From: an uncultured Oscillibacter sp.
Lineage (GTDB): Bacteria; Bacillota; Clostridia; Oscillospirales; Oscillospiraceae
Direction: 5' to 3'
NCBI GenBank assembly: GCA_946551795.1
Contig: CAMNRF010000002.1
Location: forward strand, 1,955-65,954
DNA length: 64,000 nt
The notes under the pieces are model-generated. The model had not been told where the DNA came from, made no database searches, and saw only the letters and a program-made list of their open reading frames with translations. Of this stretch, positions 1-9,078 are shown piece after piece. The translations under genes and the position numbers were made by a program. Position 1 is the stretch's first letter, and the number at the start of each line of letters is the position of its first letter.

Positions 1-927
1 GCGCTGAACATCGCCATCAACGGGCTGCTGGGGCCGGGGGACCACGTGATCTCCACGGACTGGGAGCACAACTCCGTCCTGCGGCCGCTGTACCGCCTGC
101 GGGAGCAGGGGATGGGGCTGGACTTCCTGCCCGCCGGCGGCGGGGGACGGCTGGACTACGGGGAACTGGAGGGCCTTCTGCGGCCCAACACAAAGGCGGT
201 GGTCTGCACCCACGCCTCCAACCTGACGGGGGACGTGGTGGATCTGGAGCGGATCGGGGCCTTTGCCCGCCGGCACGGTCTGCTGTTCATCCTGGACGCC
301 TCCCAGACGGCGGGGACCTTTCCCATCGACATGGAGGCCCAGGGCATCGACGTGGTGTGCTTCACCGGCCACAAGAGCCTGCTGGGGCCCCAGGGCACCG
401 GGGGGCTGTGCGTCCGGGAGGGCGTGGAGGTCCGCCCGCTGCTGACCGGCGGCACCGGCGTCCAGAGCTTTCTGGAGACCCAGCCGGAGGAGTGGCCCAC
501 CCGCCTGGAGGCGGGAACCCTCAACAGCCACGGAATCGCCGGGCTGGGGGCCGCCCTGGACTATCTGGAGCGAAGGGGCCGGGACGCGGTCCGGGCCCAT
601 GAGCAGGGCCTGGCCAAGCGGTTTTACGAGGCGGTCCGGGACCTGCCCGGCGTGACGGTGTACGGGGATTTCACCCGGGAGGAGAGGGCTCCCATCGTGA
701 CGCTGAATATCGGCGCCCTGGACTCCTCGGAGGTCTCCGACGAGCTGGCGGAGCGGTTCCGGGTCGCCACCCGCCCCGGGGCCCACTGCGCGCCCCGGTT
801 CCACCGCCGCCTGGGGACCGGGGAGCAGGGGGCCGTCCGCTTCTCCTGGGGCTGGGCCAACACGGAGGCGGAGACCGACACGGCGGCGGCGGCCGTCCGC
901 GCGCTGGCGCTGGAGGCGCGGCCGTGA
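1..927 (+). CDS. Cysteine desulfurase / aminotransferase class V family protein (5' truncated by window edge)
   Basis: Frame open from base 1 (ALNIAINGLL...). Motifs EHNSV, HASNLTG, LDASQ, TGHKSLLGPQG (PLP lysine), EAGT and RPGAHCAP (persulfide Cys). Confidence 0.9.
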   Translation, partial: ALNIAINGLLGPGDHVISTDWEHNSVLRPLYRLREQGMGLDFLPAGGGGRLDYGELEGLLRPNTKAVVCTHASNLTGDVVDLERIGAFARRHGLLFILDASQTAGTFPIDMEAQGIDVVCFTGHKSLLGPQGTGGLCVREGVEVRPLLTGGTGVQSFLETQPEEWPTRLEAGTLNSHGIAGLGAALDYLERRGRDAVRAHEQGLAKRFYEAVRDLPGVTVYGDFTREERAPIVTLNIGALDSSEVSDELAERFRVATRPGAHCAPRFHRRLGTGEQGAVRFSWGWANTEAETDTAAAAVRALALEARP

Positions 928-1160
928 GGGAGCGGACGGAGAAGTGCGTGGTGACCTTCCGCACCACCACCGGCGCCATGGCCATGGAGCGGAGCTGCGA
1001 AGAGGCGGGGCTCCCCGGGCGGCTGATCCCGGTGCCCCGGGCCATCACCGCCGGGTGCGGCATGTGCTGGGCCGCTCCGACCGAGGCCCGGGAGGCCCTG
1101 GAGGAGCTGGTGATGAAAAAACACTTGGATGTGGACGGCATCTATGCTATCATCATCTGA
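924..1160 (+). CDS. DUF3343-like small protein (putative S/Se carrier associated)
   Basis: GTG start overlaps the upstream stop. Pattern TF.TT..AM..E.....GRLIPVPR.I.AGCG is typical, as is the linkage to a desulfurase. Confidence 0.75.
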   Translation: MRERTEKCVVTFRTTTGAMAMERSCEEAGLPGRLIPVPRAITAGCGMCWAAPTEAREALEELVMKKHLDVDGIYAIII

Positions 1161-1173
1161 GAGGTGATGATGG

Positions 1174-1347
1174 ATGTCCAATATCTGCGAGGACTGCGTC
1201 TGCTATGACTACGACCAGGAGCTGGAGGCCTTCGTGTGCACCATGGACCTGGACGAGGACGAGATGGAGCGGTTTTTGAGGGGGACCAGCACCGGCTGTC
1301 CCTTCTACCGCCCCGGAGGAGACTACAGGACCGCGTCCAGACAGTGA
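1174..1347 (+). CDS. Small Cys-rich protein, DUF6472-like (57 aa; absent from ORF track)
   Basis: RBS GAGGTG upstream. Translation MSNICEDCVCYDYDQELEAFVCTMDLDEDEMERFLRGTSTGCPFYRPGGDYRTASRQ fills the gap between co-oriented genes. Confidence 0.75.
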   Translation: MSNICEDCVCYDYDQELEAFVCTMDLDEDEMERFLRGTSTGCPFYRPGGDYRTASRQ

Positions 1348-1363
1348 GAGGGGAGAGACCATA

Positions 1364-1882
1364 GTGGAACTGGTGGATCTGTACGATGAAAACCGCATCC
1401 CCCTGGGGAAAACTGCGGAGCGCCACGCGCCCAAGGGACCGGGGGAGTACCGGCTGGTGGTCCACGTCTGCGCCTTCGACAGCCGGGGACGGCTGCTGAT
1501 CCAGCGCCGGGCGGAGGAGAAGACCGTCTGGCCGGGGCGGTGGGACGTGTCCGTGGGCGGCGGCGTGGACGCCGGGGAGACCAGCCGCCAGGCGGCGGAG
1601 CGGGAGTTCCGGGAGGAGCTGGGATTCCCCCTGGACCTGGGGAGCCTGCGCCAGTCGGTGACGGTGAATTTTGACGGCGGCTTTGACGATTTCTTTATCA
1701 TCCGGAGGGACTTCGACCTCCCCTCGCTGGTATTGCAGAAGGAGGAGGTGTCGGAGGTCCGCTATGTGACGGAGGCCGAGGCGGAGGCCATGGTGCTGGA
1801 CGGCAGCTTCATCCCCTACCCGGAGGGATTCCTGCGGTTCCTCTTCGCCATGCGGGACACCTTCGGCTTTCCCACGAAATGA
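1364..1882 (+). CDS. NUDIX hydrolase (IPP isomerase-like subfamily)
   Basis: Nudix box GGVDAGETSRQAAEREFREELG and motif LLIQRR..K..WPG.WD.SVGG. Confidence 0.9.
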   Translation: MELVDLYDENRIPLGKTAERHAPKGPGEYRLVVHVCAFDSRGRLLIQRRAEEKTVWPGRWDVSVGGGVDAGETSRQAAEREFREELGFPLDLGSLRQSVTVNFDGGFDDFFIIRRDFDLPSLVLQKEEVSEVRYVTEAEAEAMVLDGSFIPYPEGFLRFLFAMRDTFGFPTK

Positions 1883-1899
1883 TATCCAGGAAGCGGCAG

Positions 1900-1935
1900 G
1901 CGCCCGGAGATCTTAGATCTCCGGGCGCTGTTTTT
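1900..1935. terminator. Intrinsic terminator between convergent genes
   Basis: Inverted repeat GCGCCCGGAGATCT/AGATCTCCGGGCGC followed by TGTTTTT. Confidence 0.75.
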
Positions 1936-2555
1936 CACAGGGCCGGCGCCTCCGCCTGCTCCGGGTCCAGCAGGTGCATCATGGACACCTCGTAGGCCAC
2001 CCGCTCCTCGGTGCCCAGGTCCGTGACCTTGTGGTATGTACGGCTCTGGACCCGGCCCTCCAGGGACAGGGGGTCTCCCACCTGGAGCCGCCCCGCCCGC
2101 ACCGCCAGCTGGCCCCAGGCGATCACCGGCAGGTAGTCCGCCCGGCCGTACCGCCGGGGGGCGGCCAGCATGAGGTCGCAAATGCTGCGGCCCAGAGGCG
2201 TGCGGCGGAACACCGGCGGCTTGCACAGCGTGCCGGAGAGAAGAATCTGATTGCAGGGGTCGTCCACTCCGGGGGAGAGGCACTGGGCGTATACCGTCAG
2301 CACCAGGCGGCTGCCCACGCCGCTGCGGTTGTTGAAGGAGCGCAGCTGTCCCTGGACGCGGATGTCCGCCCCCTCCGTCACCTGGGCCAGCAGCGGCTCC
2401 GGCACCAGGACGGGCAGGATGTCCACCTGGCCGGACAGCCGGGGAACCTGGAGCGGAAAGCGGTAAAAGCGGGTAGCGTGGTTTTCGTGGGACAGGGAGG
2501 GCGTCTCCAGGGCGGTGCCCTCCAGCAGCACCTCATTCCGGGTTTGAGTCGTCAT
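1935..2555 (-). CDS. ssb: Single-stranded DNA-binding protein, tandem-OB clostridial paralogue
   Basis: Two OB halves (NEVLLEG...GQLRSFN; NQILLSG..CKPPVFRRTPLGR..D...GRVQSR.Y). RBS GAGGTGG before ATG at 2555. Confidence 0.85.
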   Translation of the reverse strand: MTTQTRNEVLLEGTALETPSLSHENHATRFYRFPLQVPRLSGQVDILPVLVPEPLLAQVTEGADIRVQGQLRSFNNRSGVGSRLVLTVYAQCLSPGVDDPCNQILLSGTLCKPPVFRRTPLGRSICDLMLAAPRRYGRADYLPVIAWGQLAVRAGRLQVGDPLSLEGRVQSRTYHKVTDLGTEERVAYEVSMMHLLDPEQAEAPAL

Positions 2556-2583
2556 GTCGTCCACCTCTCGGTTGTGATGCTGT

Positions 2584-2612
2584 ATCCTATGAGAGGCCCG
2601 TCCGGATTATGC
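2584..2612 (-). promoter_or_regulatory. Putative SigE-type sporulation promoter for ssb
   Basis: Minus strand GCATAA-N15-CATAGGAT fits the ATA-N16-CATA---T consensus. Confidence 0.5.
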
Positions 2613-2672
2613 CGCCGGCCGGGGAGAAGACAGAAAAACCGGGCGCCCCCGCGGGGGGACGCCCGGCAGCGA

Positions 2673-4442
2673 TCACTGTGCCGAATCGCGGTAGAGATAG
2701 GTGACGATGTTGGCTCTTGGGGAGTGCTGGCCGGGGATGAAGGCGGAGTCCACACCGGACAAAAGCCCGCTGCTGTCTGCCCAGGCCACGGCATCGGTGT
2801 AGTACTGGCCGGGGTAGGTGCTGGCCAGGCTGCTGTTACCGGGGGCGGCGGGCTTGCCGTTGGCCCGCCAGAGGAAGGTGACCACGTGGGCGCTGGTGCA
2901 GATGTCACGGGGAGCGAAGCGGGTGGGGGTGGCACCGGAGGTGATGCCGGTTTCCTGAGCCCAGAGGATGGCCTTGTAGAAGGGACTGGAGGTGTCCACG
3001 TCCCGGAAGGGGTTCACCGTTGTCTTGGGCTCCGGGCAGCCGCTGGCCCGCCAGAGGAAGGTGACCACCTGACCCCGGGTACAGGTGGAATTGGGTTGGA
3101 ACTGATTGGCGGTGACGCCGGTGGTGACGCCGTTTTCCAGAGCCCAGAGCACGGCGTCGTGGTAGTAGGAGGCCGCCGGCACATCGGTGAAGGGATTGCT
3201 GGCCTCGGCGGGCTGCTGAGGCCGCTGAACCGGCTGTTCCTGCTGGGTGGGCGCGGTGGATTCCGCGGGCTTGGAGGGCCCGGTGGGCGTTGTCTGCGCG
3301 GTGTCCTCAGTGGCGGCGCCCTCCTGGGGCCAGCGGGTGATCAGATACGTCGCCGCCTCCACATCGGTTTTTTTCAGTGTGCGGCCCCAAAGGACGGAGC
3401 TGTTCATATTTCCCTCGGCGATGACGACGCTGTCCGTCTGAACTTCCAGCACGATCACGCTGTGGGAATCCCCTTTTACTCGAATGATGTCGCCCACACG
3501 CACGTCGGAGAAGGACACTGGTTTGATCATTCTGGCGGGGAGACTCCCGAAAGCCGCGTCGCTGAGCATGAAAGCGAAACCGGCACAGCCATAGCCGCCG
3601 GAGTAGATACCGCCCTTCCAGCCGTAATAGTTGCTGTTTGTCCACCTCGTTCCATCGGGGTACTGGCTCTTCAAGGCGACCATCGCGTCATAGGCGGCCT
3701 GCTCCTCCGTGGAGCGGACAGGCGATGTAGAGAGGGTCTCCTCTGCGCCGCAGGCCTTGCAGACCCGATAGGTCCGGCCTGCGCTGGTAGTTGTGGGCTG
3801 CTCCGTCCTGGTCTCCCAGGTGTGGGGCAGTTTCTGCCTGACGGCGTAGGTCTCCTCCGTACCGCAGACGGTGCAGACCCGGCAGGAATGACCCTCAGAG
3901 GTACAGGTGGGCTCCACCTTGCTGTACTGCCAGCTGTGGCCGTTCTGTTCGCAGAGACTGGGGGCCCTGGAACTCCCACTGCCGGGATTGGCCGTTTCCG
4001 GGGCGGAGGGAGCCGGATTGCCGGGGTCCGCCGCGGAGCCTGGATTCGCCGGGGTGTTGGGATCTGTCACGGTCCCCGGATTCGCTGGACTGCCTGGGTT
4101 TGCAGTCACCCCGGGGTCCGCGGCCGCCGTGCCGCTCTGGGATATGCCGCAGTAGCGGCAGACGCCGTTTACAAATTTGTGCCCCTGGGGGTAATGGATA
4201 CCGCAGACGTATCTGGCGTCACATTTTTTGCAGAGCCAGTAGCTGTACGTCTTCTCTGTGCAGGAGGACTTTTCTGTCACCGCGTGCGCCCAGAGGTTGT
4301 CAAACTCATGCTGGCAATTGGGGTCCCCGCCGACAATCTCTCCCATCTCATAGGCCGCCGCCATGGGGGCCAGTGAGAGGGTCAGTGCCAATGTGCAGGC
4401 CAGTGCGGCCAGCTTTTTGAACATACGTGTGGTTTGCCTCAT
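2673..4442 (-). CDS. Secreted S-layer homology (SLH) protein with CxxC repeats, Pro-rich linker and CHAP/papain-like domain
   Basis: Signal peptide. Repeats H.W....PTCT..G....C..CG, a (P/T/A)ANPG linker, motif GCAGFA...GDII.....HSVIV......IAEGN, and C-terminal SLH repeats (FTDV...YY.AV.WA...G.T.G....F.PN..CTRGQ). Confidence 0.8.
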   Translation of the reverse strand: MRQTTRMFKKLAALACTLALTLSLAPMAAAYEMGEIVGGDPNCQHEFDNLWAHAVTEKSSCTEKTYSYWLCKKCDARYVCGIHYPQGHKFVNGVCRYCGISQSGTAAADPGVTANPGSPANPGTVTDPNTPANPGSAADPGNPAPSAPETANPGSGSSRAPSLCEQNGHSWQYSKVEPTCTSEGHSCRVCTVCGTEETYAVRQKLPHTWETRTEQPTTTSAGRTYRVCKACGAEETLSTSPVRSTEEQAAYDAMVALKSQYPDGTRWTNSNYYGWKGGIYSGGYGCAGFAFMLSDAAFGSLPARMIKPVSFSDVRVGDIIRVKGDSHSVIVLEVQTDSVVIAEGNMNSSVLWGRTLKKTDVEAATYLITRWPQEGAATEDTAQTTPTGPSKPAESTAPTQQEQPVQRPQQPAEASNPFTDVPAASYYHDAVLWALENGVTTGVTANQFQPNSTCTRGQVVTFLWRASGCPEPKTTVNPFRDVDTSSPFYKAILWAQETGITSGATPTRFAPRDICTSAHVVTFLWRANGKPAAPGNSSLASTYPGQYYTDAVAWADSSGLLSGVDSAFIPGQHSPRANIVTYLYRDSAQ

Positions 4443-4514
4443 TTTAACATCCCACCTGACAAAAAAATTTCAGATTCCATCGCGGAGGAGCCTCCGGGGT
4501 GGAACCTGATTTCA

Positions 4515-4543
4515 ATTATAGACCTGCGGCAGGGCCAAGTCAA
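4515..4543 (-). promoter_or_regulatory. SigA promoter of the SLH gene
   Basis: Minus strand TTGACT-N17-TATAAT. Confidence 0.65.
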
Positions 4544-4568
4544 GCCCTGCCGCAGTGCCGGAAATAAT

Positions 4569-5351
4569 TTACATCTCCACGCCGCCGTTCTCGTCCGCCA
4601 GCATCCGGGTGGCACGGCGGATGAAATCCTCGTAGTCCTGCATGTCGGGTCCCACGTAGGCGAAACACGCGATGAAGGGGGACTTGGTGAAGACGATGCC
4701 CACGTCGTGGGCCTTGTCCTCCTCGTCGCCGGTCTTGTGGGCCATGGGGAAGTCCATGGGCAGCCTGCCGCCCAGCTTGTGGTTGATCTGCTGCTGGCGG
4801 AGGATGTTCTCCAGCCACTCCGAGGACTCCCTGTCCACCAGGGTGCGGTCGTACATCCGCCGCAGCAGTCCGCCCATCTCCTCGGGGACGAAGTAGTTGT
4901 TGATGCCCCGGTTCTCCCGCTCCGCGTCCCAGTACTCCCGGTTGAACTGGGTGCCGATGAGCCCCAGCTCCAGGAAGGCCTCGTGGATGGCGGAGGCGCC
5001 GTAGTGGCGGAAGAGGGCGTTGGTGGCGCAGCTGTCGCTGATGACGATCATCAGCTTGCACAGCTCGCCCACGGTCAGCGTCACGTCGCCGTTGAGGAAC
5101 TGCACCGCGCCGCAGCCGGGGATCTTCTGGTCCTCCCGGATGGTCACCTTGTCGTCAAAGCTGGTCTCCCCCCGGGACTTCCACAGGAGGATGGCGGCCA
5201 TCAGCGGCAGCTTGACGATGCTGGCCGCCAGGTAGGGGTCCTTCTCCCCATAGCCCCAGGTCTCGCCGGTGTCCAGGTTCTGATAGTAGATGCCGGATTT
5301 GCCGGGGAAGGTCTTGATCTCCTCTAAAATGCGTTCCTTGGCGCTCATCAT
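4569..5351 (-). CDS. Serine hydrolase, class A beta-lactamase fold, no signal peptide
   Basis: SxxK (ASIVK), SDS in place of SDN, and HKTG. Start overlaps the upstream gene stop. Confidence 0.85.
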   Translation of the reverse strand: MMSAKERILEEIKTFPGKSGIYYQNLDTGETWGYGEKDPYLAASIVKLPLMAAILLWKSRGETSFDDKVTIREDQKIPGCGAVQFLNGDVTLTVGELCKLMIVISDSCATNALFRHYGASAIHEAFLELGLIGTQFNREYWDAERENRGINNYFVPEEMGGLLRRMYDRTLVDRESSEWLENILRQQQINHKLGGRLPMDFPMAHKTGDEEDKAHDVGIVFTKSPFIACFAYVGPDMQDYEDFIRRATRMLADENGGVEM

Positions 5352-6928
5352 GTGTTCCTTCCTTTCCGCAGTATCGAGCCGTTCCTGGCCCCGGTGTGGA
5401 CGCCGTCCAGGGCCGTCAGCACGCCGTTGACATAGACCCGGCGGATGCCCTTGCAGGGCTGCTTGGGATTCTGATAGGTGGGGGTGTCCTCGATCTCGTC
5501 AAAGTCGAAGAGCACCAGGTCCGCCTGCATCCCCTCCCGGATCAACCCCCGGTGCTGGAGGCCCAGGCGGGCGGCGGGCAGGCCCGTCATCTTGAAAATG
5601 GCGGTTTCCAGGGAGAACAGCTTCCGCTCCCGGCAGTACTTGGCGATCACCCGGGGGAAGGTGCCGTACCACCTGGGGTGGGGCTGGCCGCTGTGGTCCA
5701 GGGAGGCGGCCTCGCCGTCGGAGCCGATCATGGTGTAGGGCTGGGACATGATGTACTCAATGTCCTCCTCGCACATACCGTAGTTGACCTCGCCCACCCG
5801 GCACCGCTCGTCCACGATCAGGTCAAAGCAGGCGTCGGCGGGGTCCACGCCCCGGATCTCGGCGATCTCCTGGATGGATTTGCCCACGGTCCACGCATTT
5901 TTCTCCGTGGCCACATAGGGGATATAGATGTCCCCCCAGCGGCCCACGTGGCTGGCGTTGGCCTCGGCGTTGATGCGCTGCCGCAGCTCCGGGTCCTGGA
6001 GGCGGGCCAGGAGCTTCTCTACGCCGCCCTCAAAGGCCCAGAGGGGGGCGTTGCTGTCCAGGGTGGTGGCGGAGGCGCTGTAGGGGTACTGGTCCGCCTG
6101 CACGTCCAGCCCCTGGCGGCGGGCCTGGTCGATGAGGGCGATGGTGGTCTTGCAGTGGACCTGCCAGACGCTCTTGCGGGTCACCTTGTGGTGGGAGATC
6201 TGGAGGGGCGCGCCGGAGCGGCGGCAGATCTCCAGGGACTCCTTCACGGCCTCCACCACGCCCTCGCCCTCGTCCCGCATGTGGGTCTCGTAGTAGGCGC
6301 CGTAGGGGACCAGTTCTTTACAGAGCTCCGCCAGCTCGTCGGTGTCGGCGTAGCACCCTGGGGGATAGATCAGCCCGCTGGAGAGGCAGAAGGCGCCGTC
6401 CTCCAGGGACTGGCGCAGCAGGGCCTTCATGGTCTCCATCTCCGCCGGCTCCGCCGGCCGGGCGTCAAAGCCCATGGCGGCGACGCGGATGGTGCCGTGG
6501 CCCACGGCGGTGCCGAAGTTGGTGCTGGTCTTTACGCCCTCCAGAATGTCGAGGTACTGCCCGATGGTCTCCCAGTTGTACGCCAGGTCCCCCACATAGT
6601 CCCGCAGCTGCTTGGTCCGCTCCGGGTCCGGGTTCACCGGGGCCACGGAGAGGCCGCACAGGCCGCCGATCTCCGTGGTGACGCCCTGGAGAATCCTGCT
6701 CTCCGCCGTGGGGCAGCCCTGGAGCCGGGTGTCGCTGTGGGCGTGGATGTCGATGAAGCCGGGGGTGAGACAGCAGTCCTCCCCGTCCACGGTCTCCCGG
6801 GCATCCCCGGGGGCGCTGCCGGTTCCCACGGCGGCGATGACGCCGTCCTTCACGCCCACCCAGCCCCGGAACCAGGGGGCGGAGGTGCCGTCGATTACCC
6901 GGACATTCCGGATTACCAGATCATACAT
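5348..6928 (-). CDS. N-acyl-D-amino-acid deacylase (D-aminoacylase)
   Basis: Motifs PGFIDIHAHSD, QGVTTEIGGLCG, SSGLIYPPG, THMRDE, SHHK, GSDG, HPRWYGTFPR. Confidence 0.9.
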   Translation of the reverse strand: MYDLVIRNVRVIDGTSAPWFRGWVGVKDGVIAAVGTGSAPGDARETVDGEDCCLTPGFIDIHAHSDTRLQGCPTAESRILQGVTTEIGGLCGLSVAPVNPDPERTKQLRDYVGDLAYNWETIGQYLDILEGVKTSTNFGTAVGHGTIRVAAMGFDARPAEPAEMETMKALLRQSLEDGAFCLSSGLIYPPGCYADTDELAELCKELVPYGAYYETHMRDEGEGVVEAVKESLEICRRSGAPLQISHHKVTRKSVWQVHCKTTIALIDQARRQGLDVQADQYPYSASATTLDSNAPLWAFEGGVEKLLARLQDPELRQRINAEANASHVGRWGDIYIPYVATEKNAWTVGKSIQEIAEIRGVDPADACFDLIVDERCRVGEVNYGMCEEDIEYIMSQPYTMIGSDGEAASLDHSGQPHPRWYGTFPRVIAKYCRERKLFSLETAIFKMTGLPAARLGLQHRGLIREGMQADLVLFDFDEIEDTPTYQNPKQPCKGIRRVYVNGVLTALDGVHTGARNGSILRKGRNT

Positions 6929-6988
6929 GATGCGATTCCCTCCTGTCTCGTTGTGTTGGTGCGCTCTGTTGTATCTTTCACTTTATTT

Positions 6989-7004
6989 AGCAAAAAATAT
7001 ACCA
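6989..7004 (-). promoter_or_regulatory. Sigma-54 -24/-12 promoter for the D-aminoacylase operon
   Basis: Minus strand TGGTATATTTTTTGCT, with GG and GC exactly 12 bp apart. Confidence 0.65.
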
Positions 7005-7119
7005 AAAATCGGAGAGAGGCCGCCCGGCGTTTTCCTGGGAAATCCCGGAAAATGCCGGGCGGATAATCTCATTTCACCCCATTAGTTATCTCGTTTTAAC
7101 CCGTTTATTTCCGCCGGGG

Positions 7120-9078
7120 CTATGGCCGCCGGAGCAGGGCGGCGCCCTGCTCCGTGATCTGGGCGCCGCAGCGGCCAGGGCGGACGGTGATCAGACCCTG
7201 CTGCCGCAGCTCCTCCAGAATCAGGCGGAGCTGATGGTCGCTGATGGAGTGGCTGCGGCTTCGCAGCTGATAGATCAGGTTTGTCCGGCCGATGCCGTGG
7301 GAGAGCTGGGTGTTCTCCCCGATGAGCCGCAGGACCGCCGTGTGGACGTCCTCCACTCCCGGCAGGGCGGCGCCGGGGCTGCTGAACAGATAGTCCGGGA
7401 AGCGGTGCATGGTGCGGTAGAAGGTGCAGACGTTCTCCAGCTCCCGGACATTCCCCGGCCAGGCGTACTGGTCCAGCAGGGCGAATTCCCCTGGGGTGAT
7501 GGAGCGGTAGTCCTCGTGGAGGAAGTTCTTCAGCAGCGCCTCGATGTCCTCCTTCCGGCGGCGCAGGGGCGGGATGGACAGGGGGAACACGTTGAGCCGG
7601 AAGAACAGGTCGCTGCGGAAGGCGCCGTCCCGGACCTGCTGCTGGAGGTCCCGGTTGGTGGCGGTGATGAAGCGCACGTCGATGTCGATCAGCTCCTTGC
7701 CGCCCACCCGGATGATCTGCCGCTCCTGGAGGGCCCGGAGAAAGCTGGCCTGGAATTTGGGGGAGATCTCCCCGATCTCGTCCAGCAGCACGGTGCCGTG
7801 CATGGCCAGCTCGAAGAGGCCCTTCCGCCCCCGGCTGCTGGCGCCGGTGAAGGAGCCGGGATCGTAGCCGAAGAGCTCGCTCTCCAGCAGGGAGTCCGGC
7901 AGAGCGGCGCAGTTGATGGCGATGAAGGGGGCCTTGCGGCGGGAGGAGGCGTTGTGGATCGACTGGGCCAGCATCTCCTTGCCGGTGCCGCTCTCGCCGT
8001 AGATCATCACGGTGTCGTCCGCGGCGGCGATCTGCCGGGCGGTGTCGATGAGCTGGGACATCTCCGGGGAGCGGCAGAGGATGTCCTTGAAGGTGTACTT
8101 TGCCGTAAAGCCCGCCTGCCTGGCGCTGAGGCTCTGGGCCCGGGCCTTGGCGTAGTCTTGGAGAATAAAGTAGTAGCCCACCACGTCATCCATCAGGCGG
8201 ATGGGATTTTTTTCATAGCTGTAGGCCTCTCCGCAGATCTCCACCGGCTCCTCGGAGTGGTCCCGGGCGTCCAGCACCTCCGGGGGGATGTGGTCGGCGA
8301 TGCGGATCTGGTTTTTGTTGTCCGTCTGGAAGATTTTCAGGGCCAGCCGGTTGGCGTACACCGGCCGGTAGGCGCCGTCCGTCAGCAGCATCCCGTTTTC
8401 GCTGGCATCCACCACGCGGCTCAGCATCTCCGATTTCAGGTAGCCGTAGATATAGTTGGACTGGAGGCCGTCGTTGGACTCCACCACCGAGTGGATGTGC
8501 CGCTGGAGGTTCCGGTTGATGATGCCCACGTCCAGGTCCAGCATCTGCATGAGCTTGAACATGGTGTCAAACCCCACTTTGCGGTAGCCGATGTCGATGA
8601 CATGCTTGATGTGGGGCGGCACCAGATGGGGCTCCGAGGGGGTGACCGCCACGGTGATCTGGTCATAGATCCCCGTGTGGGTCAGGGCGCTGTCGTAGGG
8701 GATCAGATTGATGTGGCTGACACCGATCTCATAAAAGGCGTACACGGTGTCCAGAGCCGTCTCATAGGAGTCGTTTACCAGCAGCACGTTGGTGCCGGCG
8801 GGGATGGCGGAGATCATGTTGAGGGACTCCCGGGCCGGGCTGCGGGTGACCATGATGACCTTGGAGAAGTCGTCCACAAGGTCCTTGACATCCTGCAGGA
8901 TGCCGCTCTCCCAGACAAGATACGCATCCGCCGCCAGCGTCGTCCGGGGCTCCAGGCGGTTGAGAAAGACATTCGTGAAGGTGATGTACTGGTCAAAGAC
9001 CTCCTCGAAGCTCTTTTTCAGAAAGTCGATCACCTCCTGGTTTTTGTCGTTCTGATAGAGAATGATGGCGGTTTTCAT
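7120..9078 (-). CDS. Sigma-54-dependent enhancer-binding activator (PAS-like, AAA+, C-terminal winged helix)
   Basis: Motifs GESGTGKE, INCAALP..LLESELFG, GSFTGA, LLDEIGE, FRSDLFFRL, WPGNVREL. C-terminus GR....R..L..L...G......GR.G..IT..G. Confidence 0.92.
   Translation of the reverse strand: MKTAIILYQNDKNQEVIDFLKKSFEEVFDQYITFTNVFLNRLEPRTTLAADAYLVWESGILQDVKDLVDDFSKVIMVTRSPARESLNMISAIPAGTNVLLVNDSYETALDTVYAFYEIGVSHINLIPYDSALTHTGIYDQITVAVTPSEPHLVPPHIKHVIDIGYRKVGFDTMFKLMQMLDLDVGIINRNLQRHIHSVVESNDGLQSNYIYGYLKSEMLSRVVDASENGMLLTDGAYRPVYANRLALKIFQTDNKNQIRIADHIPPEVLDARDHSEEPVEICGEAYSYEKNPIRLMDDVVGYYFILQDYAKARAQSLSARQAGFTAKYTFKDILCRSPEMSQLIDTARQIAAADDTVMIYGESGTGKEMLAQSIHNASSRRKAPFIAINCAALPDSLLESELFGYDPGSFTGASSRGRKGLFELAMHGTVLLDEIGEISPKFQASFLRALQERQIIRVGGKELIDIDVRFITATNRDLQQQVRDGAFRSDLFFRLNVFPLSIPPLRRRKEDIEALLKNFLHEDYRSITPGEFALLDQYAWPGNVRELENVCTFYRTMHRFPDYLFSSPGAALPGVEDVHTAVLRLIGENTQLSHGIGRTNLIYQLRSRSHSISDHQLRLILEELRQQGLITVRPGRCGAQITEQGAALLRRP

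Noticed and set aside
1-1347. Selenocysteine read-through near the desulfurase/DUF3343 genes
   Set aside because: The TGA codons fall at expected protein ends and are followed by separate genes with their own starts; no SECIS-like context is evident.
7120-9078. GSFTGA instead of GAFTGA as a sign of a sigma-54-independent activator
   Set aside because: GSFTGA is a common functional variant, and two -24/-12 promoters flank the gene.
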